Source: Acholeplasmataceae bacterium (GTDB taxonomy: Bacteria > Bacillota_I > Bacilli_A > Acholeplasmatales > Acholeplasmataceae). From it: a DNA stretch of 46,861 bases. Position numbers and translations under genes: made by a program. Location of the stretch: the NCBI GenBank assembly GCA_028690555.1, contig JAQVBA010000002.1:1-46861 (forward strand), read 5' to 3'. Every line of letters starts with the position of its first letter. Within the stretch, counting starts at the first letter, position 1. The notes under the pieces are model-generated. The model did not search any database, had not been told where the DNA came from, and saw only the letters and a program-made list of their open reading frames with translations. This document shows, piece by piece, positions 7,866 through 20,707 of the stretch.

Positions 7866-8996
7866 ATGATTTTTACTATCGATCGAGACGTTTTACTTAA
7901 TCACCTTTTAATCATTCAAAAAGGATTACCAAATAAAACACCACTTCCAATTTTATATGCCATTAAATTTGAAGTGTACGATGATTATCTATTATTAACA
8001 TCATCAAATACTGATGTTGCAATTCAAGTACATATTGATAGTTCTTCTTTAGCAATTAAAAAAACTGGTAAAGTAGCAATTAACGGACGTTACCTAATTG
8101 AAATTATTAGAAAAATTTCTTCTCAACGTGTTGAATTTGCACTTATCGAAGATAAATTAATTGTCATTAAAGCTGACCGTTCAGAATTTAAACTTCGTTT
8201 GATGGATATTGAAGATTATCCAGATATCGATTTCTTAGATTTAGATGATCCAATCGTTTTAGATAGTCAATTAATTAAAACAATTATTAAAGAAACAAAT
8301 TATTCAACAGCAACCAATGAGAAAAGACCAATATTGACCGGTGTTAATTTTAAATATTTAGATAACCATCTTTACTGTGTAGCAACCGATAGTTATCGAT
8401 TAAGCCAAAAAAATGTGAAACTTAGAACACATAGTAAAACATTTGATATTGTAATACCTAATCGTAGTTTAGATGAATTATCTAAAATTTTAGATACTTA
8501 TAATAACGATGTGGAATTATATATTAATCCAAATAAAGTCTTATTTAAAATGGAAAATACATTATTTCAGACACGTTTATTAGAAGGAACATATCCAGAT
8601 ACAATGCGGATTATTCCTACTGAATTTCCAGTGATTATTCCATTCAACAAAGAAGAATTACTACAAGCTGTTGAACGTGTATCACTTCTCTCTCCAAGAG
8701 ATCGTGAAACAAATTACAACATCATTAAAATGAGTTTAAGACCTGATTCAATAGTTGAAATCAGCTCAACTAATAACGAAATTGGGGATGCACTTGAAGA
8801 AATCATTCCAGCATCAGATGTCACAGGACCTGTGATTAAGATTGCGTTTAGTTCAAGATACTTAGTTGAAGCATTAAAATCATTTAGTTCAAGTGAAATT
8901 ACGATTAATTTTGCAGGCGAAGTTAAGCCGTTTGTCATCAAAGGAAACCTTGATCAAGATCTATTACATTTAATCTTACCTGTTCGAATTGATTAA
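7866..8996 (+). CDS. dnaN: DNA polymerase III beta subunit (sliding clamp)
   Basis: 376 aa. The pattern MIFTIDRDVLLNHLLIIQKGL ... ATDSYRLS ... LILPVRID is typical of DnaN. An AAAGGAG RBS is present and the synteny after dnaA fits. Confidence 0.93.
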   Translation: MIFTIDRDVLLNHLLIIQKGLPNKTPLPILYAIKFEVYDDYLLLTSSNTDVAIQVHIDSSSLAIKKTGKVAINGRYLIEIIRKISSQRVEFALIEDKLIVIKADRSEFKLRLMDIEDYPDIDFLDLDDPIVLDSQLIKTIIKETNYSTATNEKRPILTGVNFKYLDNHLYCVATDSYRLSQKNVKLRTHSKTFDIVIPNRSLDELSKILDTYNNDVELYINPNKVLFKMENTLFQTRLLEGTYPDTMRIIPTEFPVIIPFNKEELLQAVERVSLLSPRDRETNYNIIKMSLRPDSIVEISSTNNEIGDALEEIIPASDVTGPVIKIAFSSRYLVEALKSFSSSEITINFAGEVKPFVIKGNLDQDLLHLILPVRID

Positions 8997-9002
8997 AGTG
9001 TA

Positions 9003-9036
9003 AAAGCCTTAATTTCAATTTTAAGGCTTTTTTTAT
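9003..9036 (+). terminator. Intrinsic terminator after dnaN
   Basis: AAAGCCTTAA (9003-9012) pairs with TTAAGGCTTT (9021-9030). TTTTTTATT follows. Confidence 0.8.
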
Positions 9037-9104
9037 TATTCAGATGACACAAAGATGCTACCCTAAAAAAATGCGCTTAAATGAGTGCATTTTTCCTTAT
9101 ATTA

Positions 9105-9113
9105 TGTTATAAT
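9105..9113 (+). promoter_or_regulatory. Extended -10 promoter element (TGtTATAAT) for yaaA-recF-gyrBA
   Basis: TG at 9105-9106, one nt, then TATAAT at 9108-9113. It lies downstream of the dnaN terminator. Confidence 0.45.
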
Positions 9114-9137
9114 ATAAATGAAGGAATGGTGTATCTT

Positions 9138-9342
9138 GTGAAAAAATTTGTTTTAAAAACTGAATTTATAACTTTGGGACAATTATTAAAAGCTACCGAC
9201 AAAATTGGTTCTGGTGGAGAAGCCAAGTTTTTTTTATTTAATCACAAGTGTTTAGTCAATGGAATTCACACCCTAGAACGTGGTAAAAAGATTCGTGATA
9301 AAGATGTTGTTGTGATTGATCAAGATACGTATACAATCGTCC

Positions 9343-9353
<11 letters not shown>
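9138..9353 (+). CDS. yaaA: S4-domain RNA-binding protein YaaA
   Basis: (V->M)KKFVLKTEFITLGQLLKATDKIGSGGEAKFFL...ERGKKIRDKDVV. It is ~71 aa from the GTG at 9138, which matches the usual size and N-terminal register of YaaA. The alternative start ATG at 9126 abuts the putative -10/RBS. The track ORF start at 9081 is upstream of the promoter-like element. Confidence 0.7.
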
Positions 9354-12271
<2,918 letters not shown>

Positions 12272-12285
12272 GAAAGGAGAAAAAC

Positions 12286-14889
12286 ATGAACGAAGAAACA
12301 TCAAAAACCACCGAGGGTTACGTCAAAGAGATTAATATATCTTCTGAAATGAAGACCTCCTTTTTAAATTATGCAATGTCTGTTATTGTTTCAAGAGCTT
12401 TACCGGATATTCGAGATGGGCTTAAACCGGTTCAAAGACGTATTTTATACGCGATGAATGATTTAGGTATGTCAGCAAGTTCTGCACATAAAAAATCAGC
12501 GCGTATTGTCGGTGAAGTTATTGGTAAATATCATCCTCATGGTGATTCATCTGTCTATGATGCGATGGTCCGTATGGCACAACCATTTAGTTATAACATG
12601 CCTTTAATTGATGGTCACGGTAATTTTGGTTCTGTAGATGGTGATGGCGCAGCAGCCATGCGTTATACAGAAGCTAGAATGTCAAAGATTGCTGGTGAAT
12701 TAGTTAGGGATTTAGATAAGAACACGGTTGATTTTATCGATAATTATGATGGATCAGAACATGAACCATCTGTTTTACCTGCAAGATATCCAAATTTATT
12801 AGTTAATGGATCTACAGGGATTGCTGTAGGTATGGCAACAAATATTCCACCACACAACTTGAGTGAAGTTATCGATGGAATATTAGCTTACATGGACAAT
12901 GAAGAAATTACTTCAACTGAATTGATGCAATACATTAAAGGACCAGATTTTCCAACGGGCGGTCAAGTTTTAGGTCTTACAGGACTTAGACAAGCTTATG
13001 AAACTGGTAAAGGGATTATCGCAATTAGAGCAACCGCTGAGATTGTGACTCACAAAAACCGTAACAGTATCATCATTACAGCAATTCCATATCAAGTGAA
13101 TAAAACCACACTCATTGAAAAAATTGCAGAAATTGCGAAAGAGAAGATTGTGGATGGAATTACGGATTTAAGAGATGAATCCAATCGTAAAGGTATGCGG
13201 ATTGTCATCGAACTTAGAAGAGATGTTAATCCACACGTGATGTTAAACAATCTTTATAAGTTCACACAGCTACAAACATCATTTGGTATCAATATGATTG
13301 CTCTTGTTAAAGGGCAACCGATGATGGTTACACTTAAAGACATGCTCAAATATTATGTTGAGCACCAAATTGAAGTGATTCAACGCCGTACGACCTATGA
13401 TCTAGAAAAAGCGGAAGCTCGCGAACATATTTTAGAAGGATTATTAATTGCATTGCATGATATCGATCATGCGATTGAAATTATCAAGCAATCCAAAACA
13501 GGTGATGAAGCACGTGAAGCGTTGATTAACACATACAATCTCACTGAAATTCAAGCAAGAGCTATATTAGATATGCGCTTGCAGCGTTTAACGGGTCTTG
13601 AAATTGAAAAGATTGAACTTGAACAAAAGGACTTAGCGATTAAAATTATTGATTTCAAAGAAATTATTGGAAGTCATGAACGTAAAATGACGATTATTAA
13701 AGATGAACTTGGACAAATGAGAAATCAATACCAAATTAATCGACAATCAGAAATTAATCTACATGAAGATTTAAGCATTGAAAATGAAGATTTAATTCCG
13801 GTAGAAGATGTTATTATTACTGTCACGAATAATGGGTATATCAAACGTATGAAAGTTGACCATTATAAGACACAAAATCGTGGTGGGGTTGGTATGTCAG
13901 GAATCAAAGTTCACGAAGATGATTACGTTGAACACATCTTAATGACTTCAACGCATGATTATCATTTGTTCTTCACAAATAAAGGTCGAGTTTATAAGAT
14001 CAAAGGATACCAAATTCCTGAAGGTTCAAGACAATCTAAAGGGTTACCACTTGTTAACTTATTACAACTTGATAAAGATGAAACACTTGCTTCATTTACA
14101 AGTGTAAAAGACTTTGAAAATAATGAAAACAATCTTACATTTGTTACAAAAAAAGGCATCATCAAGCGTACTAAAATTTCTGAATACCAAAATATTAGAA
14201 CGAATGGAATTATTGCAATTAACTTAAGAGAAGATGATGAATTATTAGCTGTAAAAGCAACCGACGGTAATAAGGATATTATCCTTGGCGCATCCAACGG
14301 TAAAGCAATTCGATTTAAAGAAACTGATGTTAGAGTCATGGGAAGAACTGCAACCGGAGTTAAGGGAATGAGTATTGGCAAAGATGATTTCTTGGTCGGA
14401 GCTGCTATTGTTGAAAACAGCGAACAACAAATTCTTGTAATTACTGAAAATGGCTTTGGAAAGCGAACTAATGTTGATGAATATCGCTGCCAATTACGTG
14501 GTGGTAAAGGTGTTAAAACATTAAATGTCACTGAAAAGAACGGCCGTTTATCAACATTAAAATCTGTTTCTGATGATGATGATTTAATCGTTGTTTCCGA
14601 TAAAGGTGTTGTGATTAGAACGCATGTCGATCAAATTTCACAGACCAAACGTGCAACACAAGGTGTCAGAATTATTCGTTTAAGACCAGATCATAAAGTA
14701 TCAACAATCGCTTTAGTTCCAAGACAAGATGAAGAAGAAATCGAAGTTGTTGAACAAACACCATTCATTCAAGAAACTATGGATGTAAACACTGAAAGAA
14801 AAGTTGTTGAAGTTTCAAATTTAGAACCTGAAGAAATCGAAGATGAAGATGATGAAGTCATTACAACAGATTCATTATTCGATGAATAA
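12286..14889 (+). CDS. gyrA: DNA gyrase subunit A
   Basis: [14 protein letters not shown] and the active-site region [10 protein letters not shown] are present. The C-terminal beta-pinwheel repeats are followed by a ~50-aa acidic tail. Confidence 0.97.
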   Translation: MNEETSKTTEGYVKEINISSEMKTSFLNYAMSVIVSRALPDIRDGLKPVQRRILYAMNDLGMSASSAHKKSARIVGEVIGKYHPHGDSSVYDAMVRMAQPFSYNMPLIDGHGNFGSVDGDGAAAMRYTEARMSKIAGELVRDLDKNTVDFIDNYDGSEHEPSVLPARYPNLLVNGSTGIAVGMATNIPPHNLSEVIDGILAYMDNEEITSTELMQYIKGPDFPTGGQVLGLTGLRQAYETGKGIIAIRATAEIVTHKNRNSIIITAIPYQVNKTTLIEKIAEIAKEKIVDGITDLRDESNRKGMRIVIELRRDVNPHVMLNNLYKFTQLQTSFGINMIALVKGQPMMVTLKDMLKYYVEHQIEVIQRRTTYDLEKAEAREHILEGLLIALHDIDHAIEIIKQSKTGDEAREALINTYNLTEIQARAILDMRLQRLTGLEIEKIELEQKDLAIKIIDFKEIIGSHERKMTIIKDELGQMRNQYQINRQSEINLHEDLSIENEDLIPVEDVIITVTNNGYIKRMKVDHYKTQNRGGVGMSGIKVHEDDYVEHILMTSTHDYHLFFTNKGRVYKIKGYQIPEGSRQSKGLPLVNLLQLDKDETLASFTSVKDFENNENNLTFVTKKGIIKRTKISEYQNIRTNGIIAINLREDDELLAVKATDGNKDIILGASNGKAIRFKETDVRVMGRTATGVKGMSIGKDDFLVGAAIVENSEQQILVITENGFGKRTNVDEYRCQLRGGKGVKTLNVTEKNGRLSTLKSVSDDDDLIVVSDKGVVIRTHVDQISQTKRATQGVRIIRLRPDHKVSTIALVPRQDEEEIEVVEQTPFIQETMDVNTERKVVEVSNLEPEEIEDEDDEVITTDSLFDE

Positions 14890-14921
14890 TCTACCTTTTC
14901 TAAAAAATTAATTATAGATTA

Positions 14922-14962
14922 AAAAAGGCACGTGATGGATGAATCAAACGATGCCTTTTTTA
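14922..14962 (+). terminator. Probable terminator after gyrA
   Basis: AAAAAGGCA(cg) ... (cg)aTGCCTTTTT, with a large loop, followed by a T-run. The stem is imperfect. Confidence 0.5.
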
Positions 14963-15031
14963 TTCGCTTTATGTGCATAATTAGTTTTCTTAATGTATAA
15001 TGAATGTAGATAAAAATAAGAAGGATGAAGT

Positions 15032-17149
15032 ATGTATAAAAATCAAAAAATATATATAGGTTATGTGTTGATTTTCTTTTTGCTTAATATCTTAAATACC
15101 TATTTTTTAACGCTACAAGAACTGAATCGATACATCGCTCCTTTTCCGCATACTTTTTTAGGTGCATTAAATGCGATATTAGGTAATTTTTCAATACTTC
15201 TTTTACTCGTTTCTCTAGGATTTTTACTATTTAAAACGATTAAATCCCGTATGAAATTTTTACTTGGTTTAACGTTTTTCTTAAACTTTATGATTTTTGC
15301 GTCAAGCATTTTTAATATGTATTATGGGACTTCGTTTTCGATGGATAGTATCGTCATGTTTAAAAACCCTGCAGATGGGTTTGCTTTTGGTGTCATTCTT
15401 GAAATTTTATTAGAGTTATTCATTTATTATCGGATACTCTTATTTATACCTTTCATTGTTCTTCTCGTGATATTTATTGTGGTTCGAAAAAACCCATCAA
15501 TCCATACTAGATTAGGTATTGATAAAGTGAAGCACTCGATTTATTTACTCGGTTCATTACTCATCGTTTTCGCATCATTTTATAGTTACATGGAACAATT
15601 TAAAAAGACATTGCCCATCAATTCTCTTCAAAGTACGTTTGCACTACAAAATTTTGGAGTTTATCCTTACTATTTTAGTGATTTTTTAGGTCTACACCCT
15701 GAAGTTGATCCTAATGACATCTTAAAACTAACATCAGATGAGAGCGTGGCACAAGCCTTTTTGGAATATAACAAAAACCAAGATAGTTATGTCAATTTTT
15801 TTGATGGGAACACCTACAGCAATCGTTTAACATTCGATCAAGCAGTTCCTAATTTGTATGTCGATGAATCCATTTCTAAAGGAACAAGTCTTCATGGAAT
15901 CCTCGAAGGAAGGAATTTAGTCCTTGTTCATGTCGAATCGATGAATTATTTTCTTTTCCAAAATGAGCAAACCAATGAAAAACTTTCATTTTTTAATCAT
16001 TTGCTCGACCAAAGCTTTGTTTTTAGAGAATTTTATAATAATGTCGGTATGGGTGTGAGCTCTGATGCTGAGTTATCCATTCTTACTGGTCTTTATCCTT
16101 CTGGGTATCGCACATTATATTGGGAACACAATAAAAAAGACTACGAACTCAACTCTTTAGTCGATTATTATAATGAGTTAGGTTATTATACAGATGCCAT
16201 TCATGGCGATAAAGAAACATTTTACAATCGTGATTTTGTTTATCCAAATCTTTATGGGTTTGATGAATTTTATAGTTTAGAAGATTTCATCAAAGATGGT
16301 TATGACGTCGATCTAGGGTATATGTATGATCAAGAAAATGAACTCGTTCACAGATCACCTTGGATTAGTGACTATCATCTCGCTGATGAAGTTTATAAAC
16401 GAGGTTTATCATACCAAAACAACTTAACACCATTTATGATGTTTCCAGTGATGATGATGCCTCATACGCCATTTGACTTTGATCCCAATGGGGATAGAAC
16501 TAATGTTTATCCTGAATTTGAAGATTCAATGAAACGCCTCACATTAAAATATTTAAATTATGTGGATTACTATGATGATATTATGAAACGGATGTTTATC
16601 AACGAAGACGCGGAAGATCAAACATTGGATGATACAGTCTATATCTTTTATAGTGATCATGGATCTGGATTAAAAAATGGAGATATTGATGAATTATTTA
16701 ATCGAACTTTAACCCCCATGGAATCCAGAAGAATTCTTCAACAAACGCTAGCTTTCATCTATGTTCCTGGCCAAGACTATGTCGATTATGGTGATTATTC
16801 CATTCGCAAAGGATTATTAACTGGCGATCAATATCTTGTTCGAAGTCAAGTTGATTTATATCGAACTATAATTGAATTATTTAATTTACCAGTTGGTGAC
16901 GATCCTTATTATGGAGTTCATGGATTAAGTATTGAACCCACATTTGCTTTAGATAATCGGTTATTAGATGTGGTTACGGATGAGTATTTTTACTCCATGA
17001 GAAACCCAATCATGACTGATCCACAGCACATCATGGTGAATGAGGATGTTATAGAATACATTAAGAGATTCAAGTTACTTAGTGATTATTTAATTTCAAC
17101 GGGAGATATGCAAAAAGATGTTCATGAAGCGATTAGAAAATATCAATAA
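15032..17149 (+). CDS. LtaS-family (alkaline-phosphatase/sulfatase fold) polytopic membrane transferase
   Basis: 705 aa. About five N-terminal TM helices are followed by an extracytoplasmic sulfatase-fold domain. It carries the metal-site motif LVLVHVESMNYF and the nucleophile-region motif GMGVSSDAELSILTGLYPSG. Compare the GKT-DAE region of lipoteichoic acid synthases; here Ser occupies the Thr position, as far as I recall the motif. Confidence 0.7.
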   Translation: MYKNQKIYIGYVLIFFLLNILNTYFLTLQELNRYIAPFPHTFLGALNAILGNFSILLLLVSLGFLLFKTIKSRMKFLLGLTFFLNFMIFASSIFNMYYGTSFSMDSIVMFKNPADGFAFGVILEILLELFIYYRILLFIPFIVLLVIFIVVRKNPSIHTRLGIDKVKHSIYLLGSLLIVFASFYSYMEQFKKTLPINSLQSTFALQNFGVYPYYFSDFLGLHPEVDPNDILKLTSDESVAQAFLEYNKNQDSYVNFFDGNTYSNRLTFDQAVPNLYVDESISKGTSLHGILEGRNLVLVHVESMNYFLFQNEQTNEKLSFFNHLLDQSFVFREFYNNVGMGVSSDAELSILTGLYPSGYRTLYWEHNKKDYELNSLVDYYNELGYYTDAIHGDKETFYNRDFVYPNLYGFDEFYSLEDFIKDGYDVDLGYMYDQENELVHRSPWISDYHLADEVYKRGLSYQNNLTPFMMFPVMMMPHTPFDFDPNGDRTNVYPEFEDSMKRLTLKYLNYVDYYDDIMKRMFINEDAEDQTLDDTVYIFYSDHGSGLKNGDIDELFNRTLTPMESRRILQQTLAFIYVPGQDYVDYGDYSIRKGLLTGDQYLVRSQVDLYRTIIELFNLPVGDDPYYGVHGLSIEPTFALDNRLLDVVTDEYFYSMRNPIMTDPQHIMVNEDVIEYIKRFKLLSDYLISTGDMQKDVHEAIRKYQ

Positions 17150-17789
17150 TTGGAAAAATAAATCTTTATATATTGTCTCAGCCAGCTATGTTTTTATAGC
17201 GATTACATTAGGCTTTATATTAAATAATGGTCTCGTCATTTTTTTAGGTTGGAATATGATTTTAGCAACCATACCTTTATTATTAACACACTTTTATACA
17301 TATCAAAAAAGCAAGTTCCTTAGATTAGGAATTGCTTTTTTATACATCCTATTTTTTCCAAATTCAATCTATATTATGACGGATTTTATTCATTTTCAGG
17401 AGTACACATATTTTCTAGATTACCCCAATATTTATGCATATTTAATTGAAGATTGGATCATTTTTGTTCACGTGGTAATTGGCGCCTTGATAAGCAGTAA
17501 AATTGGAATGAGATCACTCGATATTCTTTCTAATGAATTAACAAATATACATCCACATGTGAAAAATTTATTGATCCATGCCTTATTTTTACTTTCAAGT
17601 ATCGCAATTTTTATTGGTCGATTTATTCGGTTTAATTCATGGCAATTTTATAAAATCAATTTGATGATTGAAGATATTTTATCGCATTTTCAATTTTTTA
17701 TTTTCTTTGTTTTATTAATGTTCATCTTGCATTGGGTCATATACTTTGTTTTTCACGAAAAAAAAGAGCCAATGGCTCACATAAAGTAA
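17118..17789 (+). CDS. Polytopic membrane protein, DUF1361-like
   Basis: 223 aa with ~6 TM helices. The motifs GWNMILATIPLLL, FFPNSIYIMTDFIHF and IGRFIRFNSWQ resemble DUF1361 hallmarks as I remember them. The start at 17118 (GGGAGA RBS at 17101-17106) overlaps the upstream gene by 32 nt. An alternative ATG lies at 17124. Confidence 0.5.
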   Translation: MFMKRLENINNWKNKSLYIVSASYVFIAITLGFILNNGLVIFLGWNMILATIPLLLTHFYTYQKSKFLRLGIAFLYILFFPNSIYIMTDFIHFQEYTYFLDYPNIYAYLIEDWIIFVHVVIGALISSKIGMRSLDILSNELTNIHPHVKNLLIHALFLLSSIAIFIGRFIRFNSWQFYKINLMIEDILSHFQFFIFFVLLMFILHWVIYFVFHEKKEPMAHIK

Positions 17790-18586
17790 ATAACGATCGA
17801 TAGTATGCCAATGACAAGGCAGTAGGCCCCAAAGTATATCAAGTTTTTAACTTTGATAAATCTAAAAATCCACATGACAGATAGCAAACTAAAGAGAAAA
17901 CTCATCATGAACGCTAATATATAACCTAAGACGTTAATGGATTCAGTTACATTCACCGCATCATAAATACCTAAAATAGAAACCGGAACAGATACGACAA
18001 GGTAACTTAGAAATGAGAAACGTAAAACTTTTTTAAGTTCTAACTTTTGAACTAAACCACCTGTCATGGTGATTCCACTTCTAGATATACCTGGAAGAAC
18101 TGCAAACATTTGAAATGCACCAATAATTAATGCATTACGATAAGAAATATCTTTTTTCCATTGAATATCTTTAGAACGATAAACGAATAAAAGTAATAAA
18201 CCGGTGATGATTAACGAAAATCCGATGGATAATAAATCGTTTGGTAAATAATCTTTAAAAAAGAATCCAAAAATACCAATCGGTATAACAGCGATTAATA
18301 ACTTTAAAACATATTGAAAATCTTCTTTTCTTGCTTCATCTTTTTTGATAATAAATTTCCATGTACCGCTAATGAGTTGACCGACATCTCTTCTAAAATA
18401 AAAGAGTAAAGCTAAAAATGATCCCATATTCGTAATCATCAGAAAGACAGTCAAATTCGTTAAGTCGATTTGAAATAAACGACTAAATAAAGTTAAATGT
18501 CCACTTGAAGAAATGGGAAGGATCTCTGTAATCCCTTGGATGATTCCAAGAACTATATATTTTAAGATTTCGTAAAAGTTTTCCAT
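17777..18586 (-). CDS. uppP: Undecaprenyl-diphosphate phosphatase (BacA/UppP)
   Basis: 269 aa and polytopic. GIIQGITEILPISSSGHL near the N-terminus and PGISRSGITMTGG in the second half are the two UppP signature motifs. Confidence 0.92.
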   Translation of the reverse strand: MENFYEILKYIVLGIIQGITEILPISSSGHLTLFSRLFQIDLTNLTVFLMITNMGSFLALLFYFRRDVGQLISGTWKFIIKKDEARKEDFQYVLKLLIAVIPIGIFGFFFKDYLPNDLLSIGFSLIITGLLLLFVYRSKDIQWKKDISYRNALIIGAFQMFAVLPGISRSGITMTGGLVQKLELKKVLRFSFLSYLVVSVPVSILGIYDAVNVTESINVLGYILAFMMSFLFSLLSVMWIFRFIKVKNLIYFGAYCLVIGILSIVIYFM

Positions 18587-18686
18587 CGTTTTATCACCTT
18601 CTTTATTATAGCATAGAAAATCAATATAAAATATGCTAAAATATAGTCAATCTTATCTAATAAAACAGCACAATTAAGGAGATAAT

Positions 18687-19559
18687 ATGAATCACCTTAT
18701 TAAAATAATTAAAGGCAGTTTAGTAGGAATGGGAAGCATTCTTCCAGGAGTTAGTGGCTCGATGATTGCTGCTATTTTTAATATCTATCAATCGCTTGTG
18801 AATGCGTTAAATGATTTTACTAAACACCCGATTAAAGCGATTAAATCTGTATGGCAATACATTGCGGGTGTAATCATCGGACTATTTTTAGGTTTTTTTG
18901 TCATTAATTTATTTTTAGATATCGCGCCACTCCCCATTACTTTATTATTTATTGGATTTATTTTGGGCGCGATACCAAGTATGATTAAAAAAGTTAGAAA
19001 TACACAGTTTAAGTGGCACCATATACTTGTTTTATTAATTTCAATGGTATCGATGATATCGATGGTTTTTATTCAAGAGAATAATGGATCAGGTGAGCAA
19101 GAATATCTCATCGTCTTTCTTATCGGTGCGATCACAGCAATTGCATTAATTATCCCTGGTTTATCTGGAGCAACCATGCTTATGGCACTTGGGTTCTATC
19201 AAAAATTATTGGATTTAATTGATGATTTGCTCAAAGGATTAGCAATTTTCGATTTTTCTAGTGTTCTGAAACAATTACCGCTATTCTTATTACTTGTTCT
19301 TGGTGTTGTGGTTGGTTTGATACTCATGGGGAAAGTCATGTTTGTTTTACTTCAAAAATACCAAACACATTTTTATATGGCAGTTATTGGAATTGTTATC
19401 GTATCACCATTTAACATTTTATTCACACTTGAACAAAACACGAATGACCATGTTTTTCAAACAGATTGGTACTTTTGGGTTGTTGGTCTCATATTATGTG
19501 TGATTGGTTTTATGGCATCTAAATTATTATCAGTTGAACCAAAAAAATTGGAGGAATAA
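18687..19559 (+). CDS. DUF368-family membrane protein (family implicated in undecaprenyl-phosphate translocation)
   Basis: 290 aa and polytopic. It has the internally repeated motifs LPGVSGSMIAAIF (N-terminal half) and IPGLSGATMLMALGFY (C-terminal half), characteristic of DUF368. It is divergent from uppP across a 100-nt intergenic region. Confidence 0.7.
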   Translation: MNHLIKIIKGSLVGMGSILPGVSGSMIAAIFNIYQSLVNALNDFTKHPIKAIKSVWQYIAGVIIGLFLGFFVINLFLDIAPLPITLLFIGFILGAIPSMIKKVRNTQFKWHHILVLLISMVSMISMVFIQENNGSGEQEYLIVFLIGAITAIALIIPGLSGATMLMALGFYQKLLDLIDDLLKGLAIFDFSSVLKQLPLFLLLVLGVVVGLILMGKVMFVLLQKYQTHFYMAVIGIVIVSPFNILFTLEQNTNDHVFQTDWYFWVVGLILCVIGFMASKLLSVEPKKLEE

Positions 19560-19562
19560 AAC

Positions 19563-20429
19563 ATGATTCGTAAAGCAGTAATCCCTGCAGCGGGATATGG
19601 AACTAGATTTTTACCAATAACAAAGGCTCTACCTAAGGAATTACTTCCGATTATTGATCGGCCTACGATTGAGTTTATTGTGAATGAAGCGATTGAGAGC
19701 GGAATCACAGATATTTTACTCATTGTGAGTTCAAATAAAAATGCGATTATTGATTATTTCGATTATAATCTTGAACTTGAGCAAATTTTAACCAATAAAA
19801 ATAAACATGAAGATGTCAAAATGTTAAGATCCATCGGCAAAGGAGCTAATATTCATTTTATTCGTCAAAAAGAACAACTTGGCTTAGGCCATGCTGTCTT
19901 GCAAGCTGAAGCATTTGTAGGCGATGAACCCTTTGTTGTTTTATTAGGCGATGACATGTATATTGGTAAAGAAAAGCCAGCTATAAGACAATTAATGGAT
20001 GTTTTTAATGTTGTCAAATCTCCAGTCTTGGGAACTATGGAAGTTTCATATAAAGACACCTCAAAATATGGCATTTGCATCCCAAAAGAAAAAACGGACA
20101 AACCTTATATTGAATTAAAAGGTGTCGTTGAAAAACCAAAAATTGAAGAAGCCCCATCTCGTAGTGCAATTGCTGGAAGATATGTGTTAACACCAACTAT
20201 TTTTAAGTATTTAAAGAATCAAACAAGAGGTGCAGGCAACGAAATTCAATTGACAGATGCGATATTAAGACTTATGAGTGAAGAAAAAGTCTTTGCATGT
20301 GATCTAATTGGTAAGCGTTATGACGTGGGCAAAAAAATTGACTATATTGAAGCAATCCTCGATTTTGGGTTCAAATCTGATGAACTAAAAGATGAATTAA
20401 AAGAACTCATTGAAAAGAAATACAAATAA
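19563..20429 (+). CDS. galU: UTP--glucose-1-phosphate uridylyltransferase
   Basis: KAVIPAAGYGTRFLPITKALPKELLPI, LGLGHAV, VVEKPK. 288 aa. It starts 3 nt after the DUF368 gene. Confidence 0.92.
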   Translation: MIRKAVIPAAGYGTRFLPITKALPKELLPIIDRPTIEFIVNEAIESGITDILLIVSSNKNAIIDYFDYNLELEQILTNKNKHEDVKMLRSIGKGANIHFIRQKEQLGLGHAVLQAEAFVGDEPFVVLLGDDMYIGKEKPAIRQLMDVFNVVKSPVLGTMEVSYKDTSKYGICIPKEKTDKPYIELKGVVEKPKIEEAPSRSAIAGRYVLTPTIFKYLKNQTRGAGNEIQLTDAILRLMSEEKVFACDLIGKRYDVGKKIDYIEAILDFGFKSDELKDELKELIEKKYK

Positions 20430-20476
20430 TATCAGGGCTTCTTTACTTTCTCTTAAGGTTTCACTATAATAAAGAT

Positions 20477-20690
20477 AACACGTTAAAAAGAGCATAGTAA
20501 TTTGAAATATGCATGAAAAAGAGACATCACAAAAGGTGAAAGTGATGATGCATTTCAAATGAATCCACTCTTTAGTGGCGCTAATCACGTCCGTTATCCT
20601 GCGTTAAAGGAAATGAGGGCTAGGAATTCCTAGAACTAAGGTGGTACCGCGATGATTCGTCCTTAGATTTTTATCTAGGGACTTTTATTT
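20477..20690 (+). promoter_or_regulatory. T-box leader upstream of serS
   Basis: A TATAAT -10 lies at 20465-20470. Stem I elements are AGAGCATAGTAA and GGTGAAAG. The candidate specifier TCC-A lies at 20564-20566 (GAATCCACTC); it aligns with the AAC-ACTC of the asnS leader. The T-box motif AACTAAGGTGGTACCGCG is at ~20635-20652. The terminator is GTCCTTAGAT (20659-20668) paired with ATCTAGGGAC (20673-20682), followed by TTTTATTT. Confidence 0.88.
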
Positions 20691-20707
20691 TGATAGGAGG
20701 AATATAA

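Noticed and set aside
13992-14531. 179-aa ORF antisense to gyrA (plus the 82-aa ORF at 14245-14493)
   Set aside because: It lies entirely inside the well-supported gyrA frame. The composition is low-complexity (Ser/Leu/Pro-rich), and there is no RBS or recognisable motif. This is a typical shadow ORF in AT-rich coding DNA.
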